DNA of 64,000 bases from a virus (lineage: Duplodnaviria; Heunggongvirae; Uroviricota; Caudoviricetes), in IMG/VR virus record IMGVR_UViG_3300031417_000403, positions 187,133-251,132 of that record; one strand, given 5' to 3'. Below are positions 9,535-18,751 of the stretch, piece by piece (position 1 is the first letter of the stretch; each line of letters opens with the position of its first letter). Both the position numbers and the translations under genes were made by a program. The notes under the pieces are model-generated. The model was not told the DNA's origin, did no database searches, and saw nothing but the letters and a program-made list of their open reading frames with translations.

Positions 9535-9870
9535 ATGCCAACAATCGTACATCCCCTCAATGGTAACATCATGTTCCGGTTTCTCGACGAAACCGGAGGC
9601 GGCAAAGGTAAATTCACTGACCGAATCCTCGGCAGTGGCATTATCATTGCGCAAACCGATATGCAGCAAAAGCAACCTCGTTGGGGCGAGGTGCTTGCTG
9701 TAGGCCCTGAAGCATCTATCAAGGTCGGCGAATACATTCTCATCGAGGGCCTGATGTGGACGTACGGAACTGAAGTCGACGGTCAAAAGATGTGGAAAAC
9801 TGACGAGGACAAAATCATCTTCGTCACTGACGACATCAAACTCACCGAAGGTACGGAGTTCATCAAATGA
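9535..9870 (+). CDS. GroES-like co-chaperonin (Hsp10 family, T4 gp31-type role)
   Basis: PLNGNIMFRF...GIIIAQT...GEVLAVGP...GEYILIE resembles GroES core. Confidence 0.6.
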   Translation: MPTIVHPLNGNIMFRFLDETGGGKGKFTDRILGSGIIIAQTDMQQKQPRWGEVLAVGPEASIKVGEYILIEGLMWTYGTEVDGQKMWKTDEDKIIFVTDDIKLTEGTEFIK

Positions 9871-10346
9871 CCGAATACTATCCACACCCGCTGCTGGACA
9901 TGCCGAAAGAAGAATTGCTCGCCGGCATTCTCAGCAAAATTCTCGAAGTCAATCCAAGTCTGAAACTCGGCGAAGCATTACCACACAGCGGAGTCAAAGT
10001 CTGGGAAGGTAAGATCGTTCCAGAATATCTGGACAACGATCCGATTGTCAAGCTGGACTACACTGTGCCACATGTTGAACGTCCAAGCGCCGTACTCGAC
10101 AAATCGAAGTTGGTGAAGATTTACTTCGAAGACCCGCATTGCTTCGACGCATTCAAGGGACTGACCGGATACCTGCATCCGATCGCGTTGGACGTACCAC
10201 ATGCTGAATGGCTGAAAGCCAAGAAGCCTGGTGACGTCGTCAACCTGCACGACGCAGTCTGGTACACTTCACCGTATACCCTGACCAAAGAAGATTTTTC
10301 AAAACACTCCTACGCAACTTTCCGTTTCGCTATAAGCGCCCAATAA
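9867..10346 (+). CDS. hypothetical protein (159 aa)
   Basis: ORF track. Confidence 0.5.
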   Translation: MTEYYPHPLLDMPKEELLAGILSKILEVNPSLKLGEALPHSGVKVWEGKIVPEYLDNDPIVKLDYTVPHVERPSAVLDKSKLVKIYFEDPHCFDAFKGLTGYLHPIALDVPHAEWLKAKKPGDVVNLHDAVWYTSPYTLTKEDFSKHSYATFRFAISAQ

Positions 10347-10347
10347 A

Positions 10348-11631
10348 ATGTTCTTTATAATCCTTACTTTCGCAGCGGCACTTTTCATCGAGGGCCTTGG
10401 TTCTCTTGTTTCCGTCATCGGTATTTCTGCGCTGTTCGGAGCAAACCCAATCATAATCGCCCTTGCAATAGCTCTTGACGTTGGTAAGATTGTAACGGTT
10501 TCGCTTCTGTACACGCACTGGAAAACTTTACCGAGACTGATGAAGCCGTACGCTTTCGCTGCGGCAATAGTCACCATGATTATCACCTCGTCAGGTGCCG
10601 CAGGGTATTTGACGGGTGAATTCCAGAAGTCCATTATGGGCGCGAAGGAAGGCGACGTGAAAGTTGCCGTCATGAAAGAACAGCAAGCGAAATATGAACT
10701 TCGCAAGAAACAGATCGACGATCAGATTGCCGCGCTCCCAACAAAGACGACGGTCAATCAACGACTTCGACTGATCCGCAGTTTCCAGGCAGAACAGAAA
10801 GCGCTGGACAAGAAGATCGCAGACATCGACAAGCAATTGCCAGAAGCGCAGATCAAACAGATCGGCACGGAAGCGAAAGCGGGTCCGATCGTTGCTATCT
10901 CGAAAGGTCTCGATGTTCCAATGGAAAAGGCAGTGTCGTACGTCATCGCGATGATTATCTTCGTGTTTGACCCGCTCGCCATCTTCCTCATCATCGCTGG
11001 CAACTATCTGTGGGCTCGTCGCAAAGAAGAGAAGTTGGCAGAGAAGCAAGTGCCAGTTGTCGAACAAGAGCCGGCAAAGGTCGAGGTGTTTGATGAACCG
11101 CAACCTGAAGGTTTTCAAGAGTTCAAGCCAATGAAGGGAACTCACAGCGAACATCTGATCGACGAAGAAGCCGATAAAGTCGGTTCAGAGTTCCCAGCAA
11201 ATCCGAAGAAGAACGACGTGTTCTTCCATCCGGAACATCATCAGATGTACATCTTCAACGGCTTCGCATGGGAAGGTGCAAACACCCTCGCTGCAACGAG
11301 CGAAGCAGAAGACAAAGTCTGGTTGGAGAAAGCCGAGCAGGCTCGTGAAGAAGGTTATGTTGGCGACCCGATTCCAGAGACCAAGTACGAGAAGTACGAA
11401 GAGCCGAAAGAAACCTACGAGCAGACTGGCATCTTGAAACCGGTCAACGTGGAACTTCCTGAAATCGTTGTTGAACCCGATCGCTCGCAGTTCATCCCGA
11501 TGAAAGTCGCGCAAGTACCAATCCACCGCGAAGAGATTACACGCTCAACATTGGGCATTGTACAACCTGATCCAGCAACGATCGTCGACGCACATCGCAA
11601 TCCAGGTTTCCGTCCTTCAGCAAGAAAGTAA
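10348..11631 (+). CDS. membrane protein with N-terminal TM helices and coiled-coil/acidic C-terminal region (427 aa)
   Basis: hydrophobic N-terminus, second TM near residue 200, E/K-rich tail. Confidence 0.55.
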   Translation: MFFIILTFAAALFIEGLGSLVSVIGISALFGANPIIIALAIALDVGKIVTVSLLYTHWKTLPRLMKPYAFAAAIVTMIITSSGAAGYLTGEFQKSIMGAKEGDVKVAVMKEQQAKYELRKKQIDDQIAALPTKTTVNQRLRLIRSFQAEQKALDKKIADIDKQLPEAQIKQIGTEAKAGPIVAISKGLDVPMEKAVSYVIAMIIFVFDPLAIFLIIAGNYLWARRKEEKLAEKQVPVVEQEPAKVEVFDEPQPEGFQEFKPMKGTHSEHLIDEEADKVGSEFPANPKKNDVFFHPEHHQMYIFNGFAWEGANTLAATSEAEDKVWLEKAEQAREEGYVGDPIPETKYEKYEEPKETYEQTGILKPVNVELPEIVVEPDRSQFIPMKVAQVPIHREEITRSTLGIVQPDPATIVDAHRNPGFRPSARK

Positions 11632-11697
11632 AACCGTCTATGAAAACAGTGTATTATGGCATGTTATGTCTTTGCACTGTTGCAACCGGAGAAAAGT

Positions 11698-11892
11698 ATG
11701 AGTATGTTATTTGATTGGTTGGACGCTGCATCGCGCTGTGGTGATCGAGAAGTCGAACAAGCCGCACGCGTAATGAAAGACTATTACCAAGGCGTTCCGC
11801 CGAAACGAAAGACCGCGGAACAACGAGAACGCGAAGAAGTGCTTGCGCGTAGAATCCAACAACGTAAATGGCTTAACGAAGAGAACGACTAA
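11698..11892 (+). CDS. hypothetical protein (64 aa)
   Basis: ATG after gtattatgg -10-like and ccggagaaaagt RBS. Confidence 0.45.
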   Translation: MSMLFDWLDAASRCGDREVEQAARVMKDYYQGVPPKRKTAEQREREEVLARRIQQRKWLNEEND

Positions 11893-12803
11893 TGTTGAAA
11901 AAAGTTTGGGTTGAGAAATACCGTCCGCAATCCGTGTCACAGGTCATCGCGACTGATGAACACGACTACAAGACCTTCCAGCAGTATGTGACCGAAGGCG
12001 AGATTCCGAACCTGCTGCTTTACGGTGGACCTGGTACCGGCAAGTCTTCACTGTCGCTCGCACTGGTCAAAGACCTGAACGTCGATCGCAGTGACATTCT
12101 GAAGATCAACTGTTCGGACGAGAAGATCGAAGCCATGCGTGACAAGGTGAAAGCCTTCGCCATGACGATGCCGGTCGGCAAGTTCAAGATTGTTCGTCTC
12201 GAAGAGTTGGACGGTGTCGGACATGATGCGCAGAAGCTGTTGCGTGACCTGATGGAAGTCTCGTCGAGTTCGTGCCGCTTCATTGCGACATGCAACTACG
12301 TCAACACCATCATGACTCCGCTGCGCTCGCGATTCCAGGAGTTTGAATTCAAAGCTCCATCGAAAGACGAAGTCCTCATCAAGGCTGCCGAGATTCTGGA
12401 AGCCGAGAACATCGCATTCACTCTCGATGACCTCGAGAAAGTTGTTGCAGCTGGTTATCCCGACTTCCGCAAAGTCATCCAGCTGATGGAACAGTCCAGC
12501 AAGACCGGTAAGCTCGTCATCAAAGGTGCTGACTCCGCGAAAGACTGGAAGCTCGAACTGTTGCCGCTGATCGAAGCTGGTGAAATCAAAGCAGCACGCG
12601 ACGTCGTCTGCGCATCGGCCACTCGCGAAGAACTCGTCGACGTGTACCGGTTCTTGTACGACAACCTCCACCGCATGAAGAAGCTGAAGCGTCAAGACGA
12701 AGCTGTTGTGCTCATCGCGCAATATCAATACCAGCATGGATTCGTCGCTGACCCGGAACTGCAAGTCGCAGCGCTCTTCATCGAGATAGCCGCGTTGGTA
12801 TGA
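11892..12803 (+). CDS. sliding-clamp loader ATPase subunit (RFC/gp44-like)
   Basis: KYRPQ, Walker A GGPGTGKSS, DELD, SRF motifs typical of RFC small subunit/gp44. Confidence 0.8.
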   Translation: MLKKVWVEKYRPQSVSQVIATDEHDYKTFQQYVTEGEIPNLLLYGGPGTGKSSLSLALVKDLNVDRSDILKINCSDEKIEAMRDKVKAFAMTMPVGKFKIVRLEELDGVGHDAQKLLRDLMEVSSSSCRFIATCNYVNTIMTPLRSRFQEFEFKAPSKDEVLIKAAEILEAENIAFTLDDLEKVVAAGYPDFRKVIQLMEQSSKTGKLVIKGADSAKDWKLELLPLIEAGEIKAARDVVCASATREELVDVYRFLYDNLHRMKKLKRQDEAVVLIAQYQYQHGFVADPELQVAALFIEIAALV

Positions 12804-12928
12804 ACTGGCGGTGCCGTCTCGGTTTCCACGAGTGGACACCTTGGTGCGCACCCTTCAGCAAACGGTTCAACTCGCCGCTGGTGACAAGACGCCATTGTCC
12901 ACACTGCCAAAAAATTGAAGAGAGAAAC

Positions 12929-13142
12929 TATGTACACAGCATCATTTCCTGATGGAACAATTCATGCCATCAGACTCCCAACAAAAGTGTATGACGCGCT
13001 CATGCAGTTCGTAGATGCCGAAGGGGTCGTCGACGAAGCGGCCGGTCCCGTTTACGGAAATTACCTGATGTTCTCCGGATACAAGGTTAAAATATCTAAA
13101 TTCGAAGTAACACCTACCACCTACAAGGTTCGTATCGTATGA
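12929..13142 (+). CDS. hypothetical small protein (possible clamp-loader accessory)
   Basis: RBS aagagagaaactATG. Confidence 0.4.
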
Positions 13143-13633
13143 GTTTTGATTTGTTCCAGGGTTTGTCTGACCTGTCGAAACGTGACCTGCAATGGTACGC
13201 GAACCTGTCTGACGAAGACAAGAAAGCTGCTGCACCATTCGTCATCGCACGGTGGATGACTGGCACAAATGACCAAGCACAGCTCATCCGGATAAATACC
13301 TTCGTCAACCCATACCTCTTCTCGCTGGGTTCGGAGAAAGGTCTGTTGTTCTCGCTTTTGGCTGCGGCAGCGACTGGCAAGTCCAAACGTTACTCGTGGA
13401 TCAAAGCGCCGGGTATGAAGGCTGTGACGAAGTTACGGCTGGAAGCGATCAAACAATACTACGACATCTCGACACGCGAAGCAGTTGGTTATGCTGACGC
13501 TATCGATGCAGAAGATATTCTCGCCATGGCAGAGGAATGTGGGTGGGATAAAGAAGAGCTAGCTAAGCTAAAAAAAGAGGTCGGCGATGGATCGGGAAGC
13601 CCTAAGAAACCAAGCAGCGTCAAGAAGAAATAA
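13139..13633 (+). CDS. hypothetical protein (164 aa)
   Basis: ORF track. Confidence 0.5.
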   Translation: MSFDLFQGLSDLSKRDLQWYANLSDEDKKAAAPFVIARWMTGTNDQAQLIRINTFVNPYLFSLGSEKGLLFSLLAAAATGKSKRYSWIKAPGMKAVTKLRLEAIKQYYDISTREAVGYADAIDAEDILAMAEECGWDKEELAKLKKEVGDGSGSPKKPSSVKKK

Positions 13634-14345
13634 CGCTGTCCAAGAAGAAACACCATTACGAAAGGTGAAGTGGACTTGTGAGTTTTGTTCTCACGATTTC
13701 GCAAGCGAACGCACGTTCATGAAGCATCGTTGCCGTGAACGTGAACGCATCGACGAGCTGCGTGGCCCAGTAGGTCAAGCAGCGTACGCATACTACAGTG
13801 CGTGGATGCGTCTGAACAAGCGGTCTGTTCCGCCAATGGAAACGTTCGCATCATCAATCCTTTACAACGCCTTCATCAAGTTTGCAAACCACGTGAAGCG
13901 CGTCAACATGCCTAACCCAGATGGCTTCGTCAAAGCCATGGTTGAGAACGGCAACGTTCAACCAGTGCTGTGGTGCCGTGATAATGTTTATGCAATGTAC
14001 CTCCAGGGTTATGATAAGATCGTAAGCCCTACCACGCAGTTCGTCAATTCGCTCGATCTTGTAATGGAGTATGCGAAGGAATACGAGTGCGAGCCAAATC
14101 AAGTCTTCGAGCAGATCGGTGTTACGAAGATTCTTGATCTAGTGCAAAAACGAAAACTGTCTCCGTGGTTTCTGGTTTCTTCTACTGCGTTCCGTACGTA
14201 CATGAAGAGCCGGGAAGAAATGGAAGCAAACCGATTGGAAGGTGGCGTGCAGGTTGGCGCAATGATTATGCGCATTCAGCAGAGCCCAGAGAACATTGCG
14301 TTGTTCACAGAGTTCTCGAAGGCATGCAAGGAACTCGACCTATGA
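13587..14345 (+). CDS. hypothetical protein with C2H2-like zinc finger (CEFCSH...HRC)
   Basis: ORF track; start may be later. Confidence 0.45.
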   Translation: MDREALRNQAASRRNNAVQEETPLRKVKWTCEFCSHDFASERTFMKHRCRERERIDELRGPVGQAAYAYYSAWMRLNKRSVPPMETFASSILYNAFIKFANHVKRVNMPNPDGFVKAMVENGNVQPVLWCRDNVYAMYLQGYDKIVSPTTQFVNSLDLVMEYAKEYECEPNQVFEQIGVTKILDLVQKRKLSPWFLVSSTAFRTYMKSREEMEANRLEGGVQVGAMIMRIQQSPENIALFTEFSKACKELDL

Positions 14346-14578
14346 CTGGCCGCAAACTATTTGAGTCGATGGGCGATGATGCCAAGCGATTCTATTCCAA
14401 GGTTTTCAACACTGTTATTCTGAACGACTACGCCGTGAAGCGTGGTTGGTTCGATGTTCGCTTTTGCGAAAGTGATGACCCGACCTTGACAGCGCGATGG
14501 CAAGAAGCTGTTCCGCAGATTGTCATGTTGGTCAAGGTCGAGCAGGCAAAGAAAAAGAAGAAGGACGAAGATAAGTAA
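14342..14578 (+). CDS. hypothetical protein (78 aa)
   Basis: ATG overlapping upstream TGA. Confidence 0.4.
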   Translation: MTGRKLFESMGDDAKRFYSKVFNTVILNDYAVKRGWFDVRFCESDDPTLTARWQEAVPQIVMLVKVEQAKKKKKDEDK

Positions 14579-15153
14579 TGGACGTCGACATCGACACGGA
14601 CAAAACGAGGTTTGACCCAGCAAAAGTATTTCCGACCTGGCCACGTGCCATGATTCTGAAAGACGGCAAGCTGTCGCCACACCCGTGCGGTGTCTATCCG
14701 CAAAAGATCGCAACTGATCCGGTCACTGGGTTGGCGGCGATTCCGTACGATCAAGCCGAGGATTTCGGATACTTGAAAGTCGACTTCCTGAATCTGTCTG
14801 TTTACAAACACTTCAACTCGCGTGCTGAGATTGAAGAGCTGCTGAAGAAAGAACCTGATTGGTCGTTGCTCCAAGTGCCGTCCGCTCAAGAGAAAATCTT
14901 TCAGCTCGGCAAGCATGGCGATCTGCTCAGTGCACTGAAGCCGAAGTCGATTATGGAACTTGCCGATGTCATGGCATTGATCCGCCCAGCAAAGCGAATG
15001 TTCATTCCGCTTTACAAGAAGGACCGAGAGTCCGCCCGCAAAATTCTGTTCGCAAAAGACGAGACTGGCTATGCGTTCAAGAAATCACACGCACTGGCGT
15101 ATTCGTATGTTGTTCTTCTTCAGCTTCATCTGATTGAGCAAGGGCGGCTTTAG
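14578..15153 (+). CDS. DNA polymerase III alpha (DnaE)-like fragment (palm/finger region only), TAG-terminated next to a homing endonuclease
   Basis: LKVDFLNLS and GYAFKKSHALAYSYVVL match DnaE catalytic/finger motifs; only 191 aa; ends in rare TAG overlapping the GIY-YIG gene on the opposite strand. Confidence 0.5.
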   Translation: MDVDIDTDKTRFDPAKVFPTWPRAMILKDGKLSPHPCGVYPQKIATDPVTGLAAIPYDQAEDFGYLKVDFLNLSVYKHFNSRAEIEELLKKEPDWSLLQVPSAQEKIFQLGKHGDLLSALKPKSIMELADVMALIRPAKRMFIPLYKKDRESARKILFAKDETGYAFKKSHALAYSYVVLLQLHLIEQGRL

Positions 15154-15673
15154 CCTTACGGCGTACCCAAGCAGCTTTCAACGCTTCAGAGTTTTTACGA
15201 TTATGCTCGGCAGATTTCGGAACACCTTTGCGCTGAGATGAATATAATGCCAATGTTTCAGCGCTTGGTTTCTTTCCAAGATTTTTACCTATATTCGATT
15301 GTCGAAGTTTCTCGGCGTGCTCTGGTGTTTTCTTTCTGCCAGTGACTGTATTAGAAAGTTTAGTCTTTGCCTCTTCAGTCCATACTAAACCTTTTCCGCC
15401 TTCACCACCTGGTTTCAAGTTCATACAGTTTGGATCAGCTAACATTTCTGGCGTGATGAATTCTTCTTCGCGTTTGACCAACTCTTCGAGGCTTTCACAT
15501 TCTTCCAGTATTTCTCGTGCATGATTGCTTGAACCATATTTCTTTATGGACAACAAAATAATCTTACCGCTTCCCAAATACTTGTCATTCTTATTGTTGG
15601 TTGAATGTCGACCATAATAGAACTTGCCGGTTGTTAAGCATGTCGTCTTGTATAGTATGTGATATTTCTTCAT
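15077..15673 (-). CDS. GIY-YIG homing endonuclease (Seg-like)
   Basis: N-terminal KYHILYKTT...GKFYYGRHST...KYLGSG GIY-YIG motif; minus strand in a plus-strand gene array. Confidence 0.8.
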   Translation of the reverse strand: MKKYHILYKTTCLTTGKFYYGRHSTNNKNDKYLGSGKIILLSIKKYGSSNHAREILEECESLEELVKREEEFITPEMLADPNCMNLKPGGEGGKGLVWTEEAKTKLSNTVTGRKKTPEHAEKLRQSNIGKNLGKKPSAETLALYSSQRKGVPKSAEHNRKNSEALKAAWVRRKAKAALAQSDEAEEEQHTNTPVRVIS

Positions 15674-15776
15674 AAGTCCAGTCCGTTCAACTTGTTTATT
15701 TACTGTTACAAAATATTAGCAATGGTACAATATGTCTGTCGTTTATAAAGTTGTGTGCATTCGTAAATCGCTGGGA

Positions 15777-15782
15777 TATAAT
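15777..15782 (+). promoter_or_regulatory. promoter -10 TATAAT
   Basis: gggatataatcttctcatcgacttacggagaacaaaATG. Confidence 0.5.
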
Positions 15783-15808
15783 CTTCTCATCGACTTACGG
15801 AGAACAAA

Positions 15809-15946
15809 ATGATTACCGATCACCTGCATATGCCGAACATCGTTTTCATCGACGACGGTTTTGGAAATCTTATTAACGCACCGCTGGATCAGATGGAACG
15901 TAACTTCGCTCGCCTGATGCAGAACGACGAAGACGGAGAGGAATAA
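15809..15946 (+). CDS. small hypothetical protein (45 aa)
   Basis: ATG after gggatataatcttctcatcgacttacggagaacaaa. Confidence 0.35.
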   Translation: MITDHLHMPNIVFIDDGFGNLINAPLDQMERNFARLMQNDEDGEE

Positions 15947-15948
15947 TC

Positions 15949-16455
15949 ATGGCGGTAATCTTTCTTGTAGTGGAATCAGAAATCGACTACGACAGCGCGC
16001 ACGTTCGCAATGTCAAAGCGTTCACGAATTACATCGACGCAGAAACTCTGCGGTTCAATCTGCAGACGACGCAAGAACGCAAGAACGAAGTGCAGCACAA
16101 AGTTCGTGCTGAATACATTGCGTGGGAAAAAGAGAATCCAAGCCCGCAAGCACCAGTGCTGGGTGTAAGTCTCCCAAAATGGAAACCGAAGTGGGGCAGC
16201 AAAAAGAATGCCGATCCAGAAATTCTCGCAACGTTCCAAGCTGAAGAAGAACGCGTGCGTGCAATAGCACGTCAACACGCAGAAGAATTTTCTGTTGTGT
16301 ACAACGAGTGGGAACAGCGCGCTGTTGCCGTGACACGTCAGATGCTGGTGAAAGCTGGCTTGACGCAAGAAGAAGCGGATACTGTTGAATGCATTGGCCG
16401 TTATCTGAGCCAAACCGATTATGACTACGAAGTTGAAGAGGTGGAACTGGCATGA
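15949..16455 (+). CDS. hypothetical protein (168 aa)
   Basis: ORF track. Confidence 0.55.
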   Translation: MAVIFLVVESEIDYDSAHVRNVKAFTNYIDAETLRFNLQTTQERKNEVQHKVRAEYIAWEKENPSPQAPVLGVSLPKWKPKWGSKKNADPEILATFQAEEERVRAIARQHAEEFSVVYNEWEQRAVAVTRQMLVKAGLTQEEADTVECIGRYLSQTDYDYEVEEVELA

Positions 16456-16616
16456 GCGACGCTGAAGCAGAAACACTGCTTTGGATCATCGGGGCCTTCA
16501 TGGCCCTGCTGACACTTTTCTTCGGACTGTATTTGCTCGGCGACAGCGCGAGCTACAGCAGCTGTTCCGGCAAAGGCGGTAACAGCGATCCGGATAATCC
16601 GTGGCTGCAGTTATGA
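16452..16616 (+). CDS. small membrane protein (54 aa)
   Basis: TM LLWIIGAFMALLTLFFGLYLL. Confidence 0.4.
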   Translation: MSDAEAETLLWIIGAFMALLTLFFGLYLLGDSASYSSCSGKGGNSDPDNPWLQL

Positions 16617-16747
16617 CCGAAGAAGACGATCTGATGGACCCAGATTATCTGGACCATCTGTACATGTGCTATCTCGAAGCCGGCGGAGAAGGTGAGCCAA
16701 TGAACTTCGACGAATGGCTGGAAGAACACAAAAGAGAGAACCAATGA
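16613..16747 (+). CDS. small acidic protein (44 aa)
   Basis: ATGA overlaps. Confidence 0.3.
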   Translation: MTEEDDLMDPDYLDHLYMCYLEAGGEGEPMNFDEWLEEHKRENQ

Positions 16748-17754
16748 AAAAAGATATGTTCATGGTGACGTACGGCTCGAAGCTGTACGGCACGAATACA
16801 CCCACATCCGACACCGACGAAAAGGTTGTTTACCTTCCGTCGCTTTCCGACATGCTGCTCGGCAAGAAGCTGACGATCTTCAAAGAGCGTTTCGACGCGG
16901 AAGGCAATCGCATCGGCGATGGCTTCACGATGCCGGACAACGGTGTCGAGACCGAGTACTTCCCGCTGCAGACGTTCGTTCGCGACTTCGTCAACGGCCA
17001 GACGTACGCACTCGAGATGGCTTTCGCTTTCGCCGACCAGACGAGCGGTCCGCTGAACTATTCGCGAGAGATGGTTCGCGACATGATCGAGAAGTTCGCA
17101 AACGCCGAAGTCTATTCGATGGTTGGCTTCGCGATGAAGCAAACGTTCGACTACGTTCGTCGTGGTGAACGTCTGAACTCGGCACGTTACGTCCTGGAAA
17201 CCGTCGACAAAGCAATCGGCATCGTCGGCGCCGAGTCGCGTCTGTCCGATCAGCTGAACGCGGCTGAAACCGTTCTGGACTGGATCGCTCGCAATGCGAA
17301 TCTCGAAACGGAAGTGATGACCAATGGCAAGACGCCGCAAGACAGCCTCAAGCTGAACGGCCGCAATTACCTGGCATCGACGACGCTCGAGCATCTGCGT
17401 AACCAGGTCGTGAAGGTGATCGACAAGTTCGGCGATCGTACGAATGCCGCTGCTGAAACTGACGTCGACTTCAAGTCGCTGTCGCATGCTGTGCGCGTGT
17501 ATCAGCAAGCAATCGAACTGCTCGACACCGGCCGCATCACGTTCCCACGTCCGAACGCGGAATTCTTGCTGCGCGTCAAGCAAGGTAAAGAAGACCTCGA
17601 GCAAGTGAAACGTTTGCTGATGGCACTCGACGACGAAGTGCAAGACAAGATCAAGTCATCGACGATGCGCAAGAAGACGCCGGAACTTCAAGCAGAAGCC
17701 GAAGCATGGCTGCAAGACGTGCTGTTTGAGCTGTACAACATCGAAGTAAAATAA
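16744..17754 (+). CDS. Pol-beta-superfamily nucleotidyltransferase with helical C-terminal domain (cGAS/DncV-like motif spacing)
   Basis: GSKLYGTNTPTSDTD matches GS-x3-GT-x4-SD-x-D of pol-beta NTases with DncV-like spacing; 336 aa. Confidence 0.55.
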   Translation: MKKDMFMVTYGSKLYGTNTPTSDTDEKVVYLPSLSDMLLGKKLTIFKERFDAEGNRIGDGFTMPDNGVETEYFPLQTFVRDFVNGQTYALEMAFAFADQTSGPLNYSREMVRDMIEKFANAEVYSMVGFAMKQTFDYVRRGERLNSARYVLETVDKAIGIVGAESRLSDQLNAAETVLDWIARNANLETEVMTNGKTPQDSLKLNGRNYLASTTLEHLRNQVVKVIDKFGDRTNAAAETDVDFKSLSHAVRVYQQAIELLDTGRITFPRPNAEFLLRVKQGKEDLEQVKRLLMALDDEVQDKIKSSTMRKKTPELQAEAEAWLQDVLFELYNIEVK

Positions 17755-17809
17755 TTCGAAAAAAGTTCCATTAGCAGTGTACAGGTTTAGTGGTTAGGGG
17801 TATAATGAT

Positions 17810-17815
17810 TTCACT
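17810..17815 (+). promoter_or_regulatory. promoter -10 TATAAT upstream of H1-like gene
   Basis: ggggtataatgatttcactgacc. Confidence 0.55.
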
Positions 17816-17851
17816 GACCGGCAAACGCCGCTAAACTAAAGGAGAAACGAA

Positions 17852-18475
17852 ATGACCAACGCAACCAACGCCCTGAACCTGAACACCCTGAAACTGAACG
17901 TGCTCGTCTCGATGGTGAACGAACTCGGCGGCAGCGCTACGCTGAAGACCTTCTCGCAGCGTTCGAAAGCCGTCGAGCGCATCACCAAGCTGGCCGATGC
18001 CCAGAAGGTCGACCTGAACAGCTTCTTCGAAGCCGACGGCACCAAGCGCGTCGCTCCGGTCGTCGAAGCACCGGCCGCTGAAAAAGCTCCGAAGAAAGCC
18101 AAGACCCCGAAAGAGCCGAAAGCTCCGAAGGAACCGAAAATCTCGATCCGCTCGGTCGCTGAAGCCCTGCTGGTCAAGGTCGCCGAAAACGGCGAAGGTC
18201 TGAGCTACGAAGAAATCGTGGCTACGGTCAAGGAACAGTTCCCGGCTGCCAAGACCACCGTCGGCTGCCTGCGCTGGTACGCTGTCCGCATGCGCGAAGC
18301 TGGCACCGTCCTGCCGAAGCGCCCGCGCGCTAAGCAAGCTGCTGCTGGCGAACCGACTCCTCCGACCCCGGCTGTTCCGGCTGAAGCACCGACCGAAACC
18401 CCGGCTGCTGAACCGGTCGTCGAAACCCCGGCTGAAGTCGCACCGGCCGCAACTGAAGAAGTCGCTGCGGCCTAA
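17852..18475 (+). CDS. histone H1-like basic DNA-binding protein (AKP/PKE repeats)
   Basis: KKAKTPKEPKAPKEPK repeats and Ala/Pro/Glu-rich tail; GC-rich codon usage; strongest cassette ggggtataatga...aaaggagaaacgaaATG. Confidence 0.65.
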   Translation: MTNATNALNLNTLKLNVLVSMVNELGGSATLKTFSQRSKAVERITKLADAQKVDLNSFFEADGTKRVAPVVEAPAAEKAPKKAKTPKEPKAPKEPKISIRSVAEALLVKVAENGEGLSYEEIVATVKEQFPAAKTTVGCLRWYAVRMREAGTVLPKRPRAKQAAAGEPTPPTPAVPAEAPTETPAAEPVVETPAEVAPAATEEVAAA

Positions 18476-18487
18476 TCGGAAAACCAG

Positions 18488-18751
18488 ATGACGAGTGTCG
18501 AAGACATCTACCGCGTTACCCTCGAGCAGCTTGCTGAAGAGGGTAACGAAAAAGCCCGGCTGGCCTTGGCAATGGCAAAAAAGTTGCCGGTCAGCAACGG
18601 ATCACAAAACGCGATCTGCGAGCTGCAGGTTGCTGAGCGAGAGCTGAATGCTGCGATCGATCACAACTCCACGAAGTGGACGTCTGCAACGGATCGCGCA
18701 ATCGGCCGAGCCCATCAAGCGATCACGCGGGCGATCATTCAGATAAAGTGA
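18488..18751 (+). CDS. hypothetical protein (87 aa)
   Basis: ORF track. Confidence 0.45.
   Translation: MTSVEDIYRVTLEQLAEEGNEKARLALAMAKKLPVSNGSQNAICELQVAERELNAAIDHNSTKWTSATDRAIGRAHQAITRAIIQIK

Noticed and set aside
14578-15345. Amber read-through extending the DnaE-like fragment
   Set aside because: The read-through frame gives 64 non-DnaE-like codons antisense to the GIY-YIG gene before a TGA, so there is no homology continuation.
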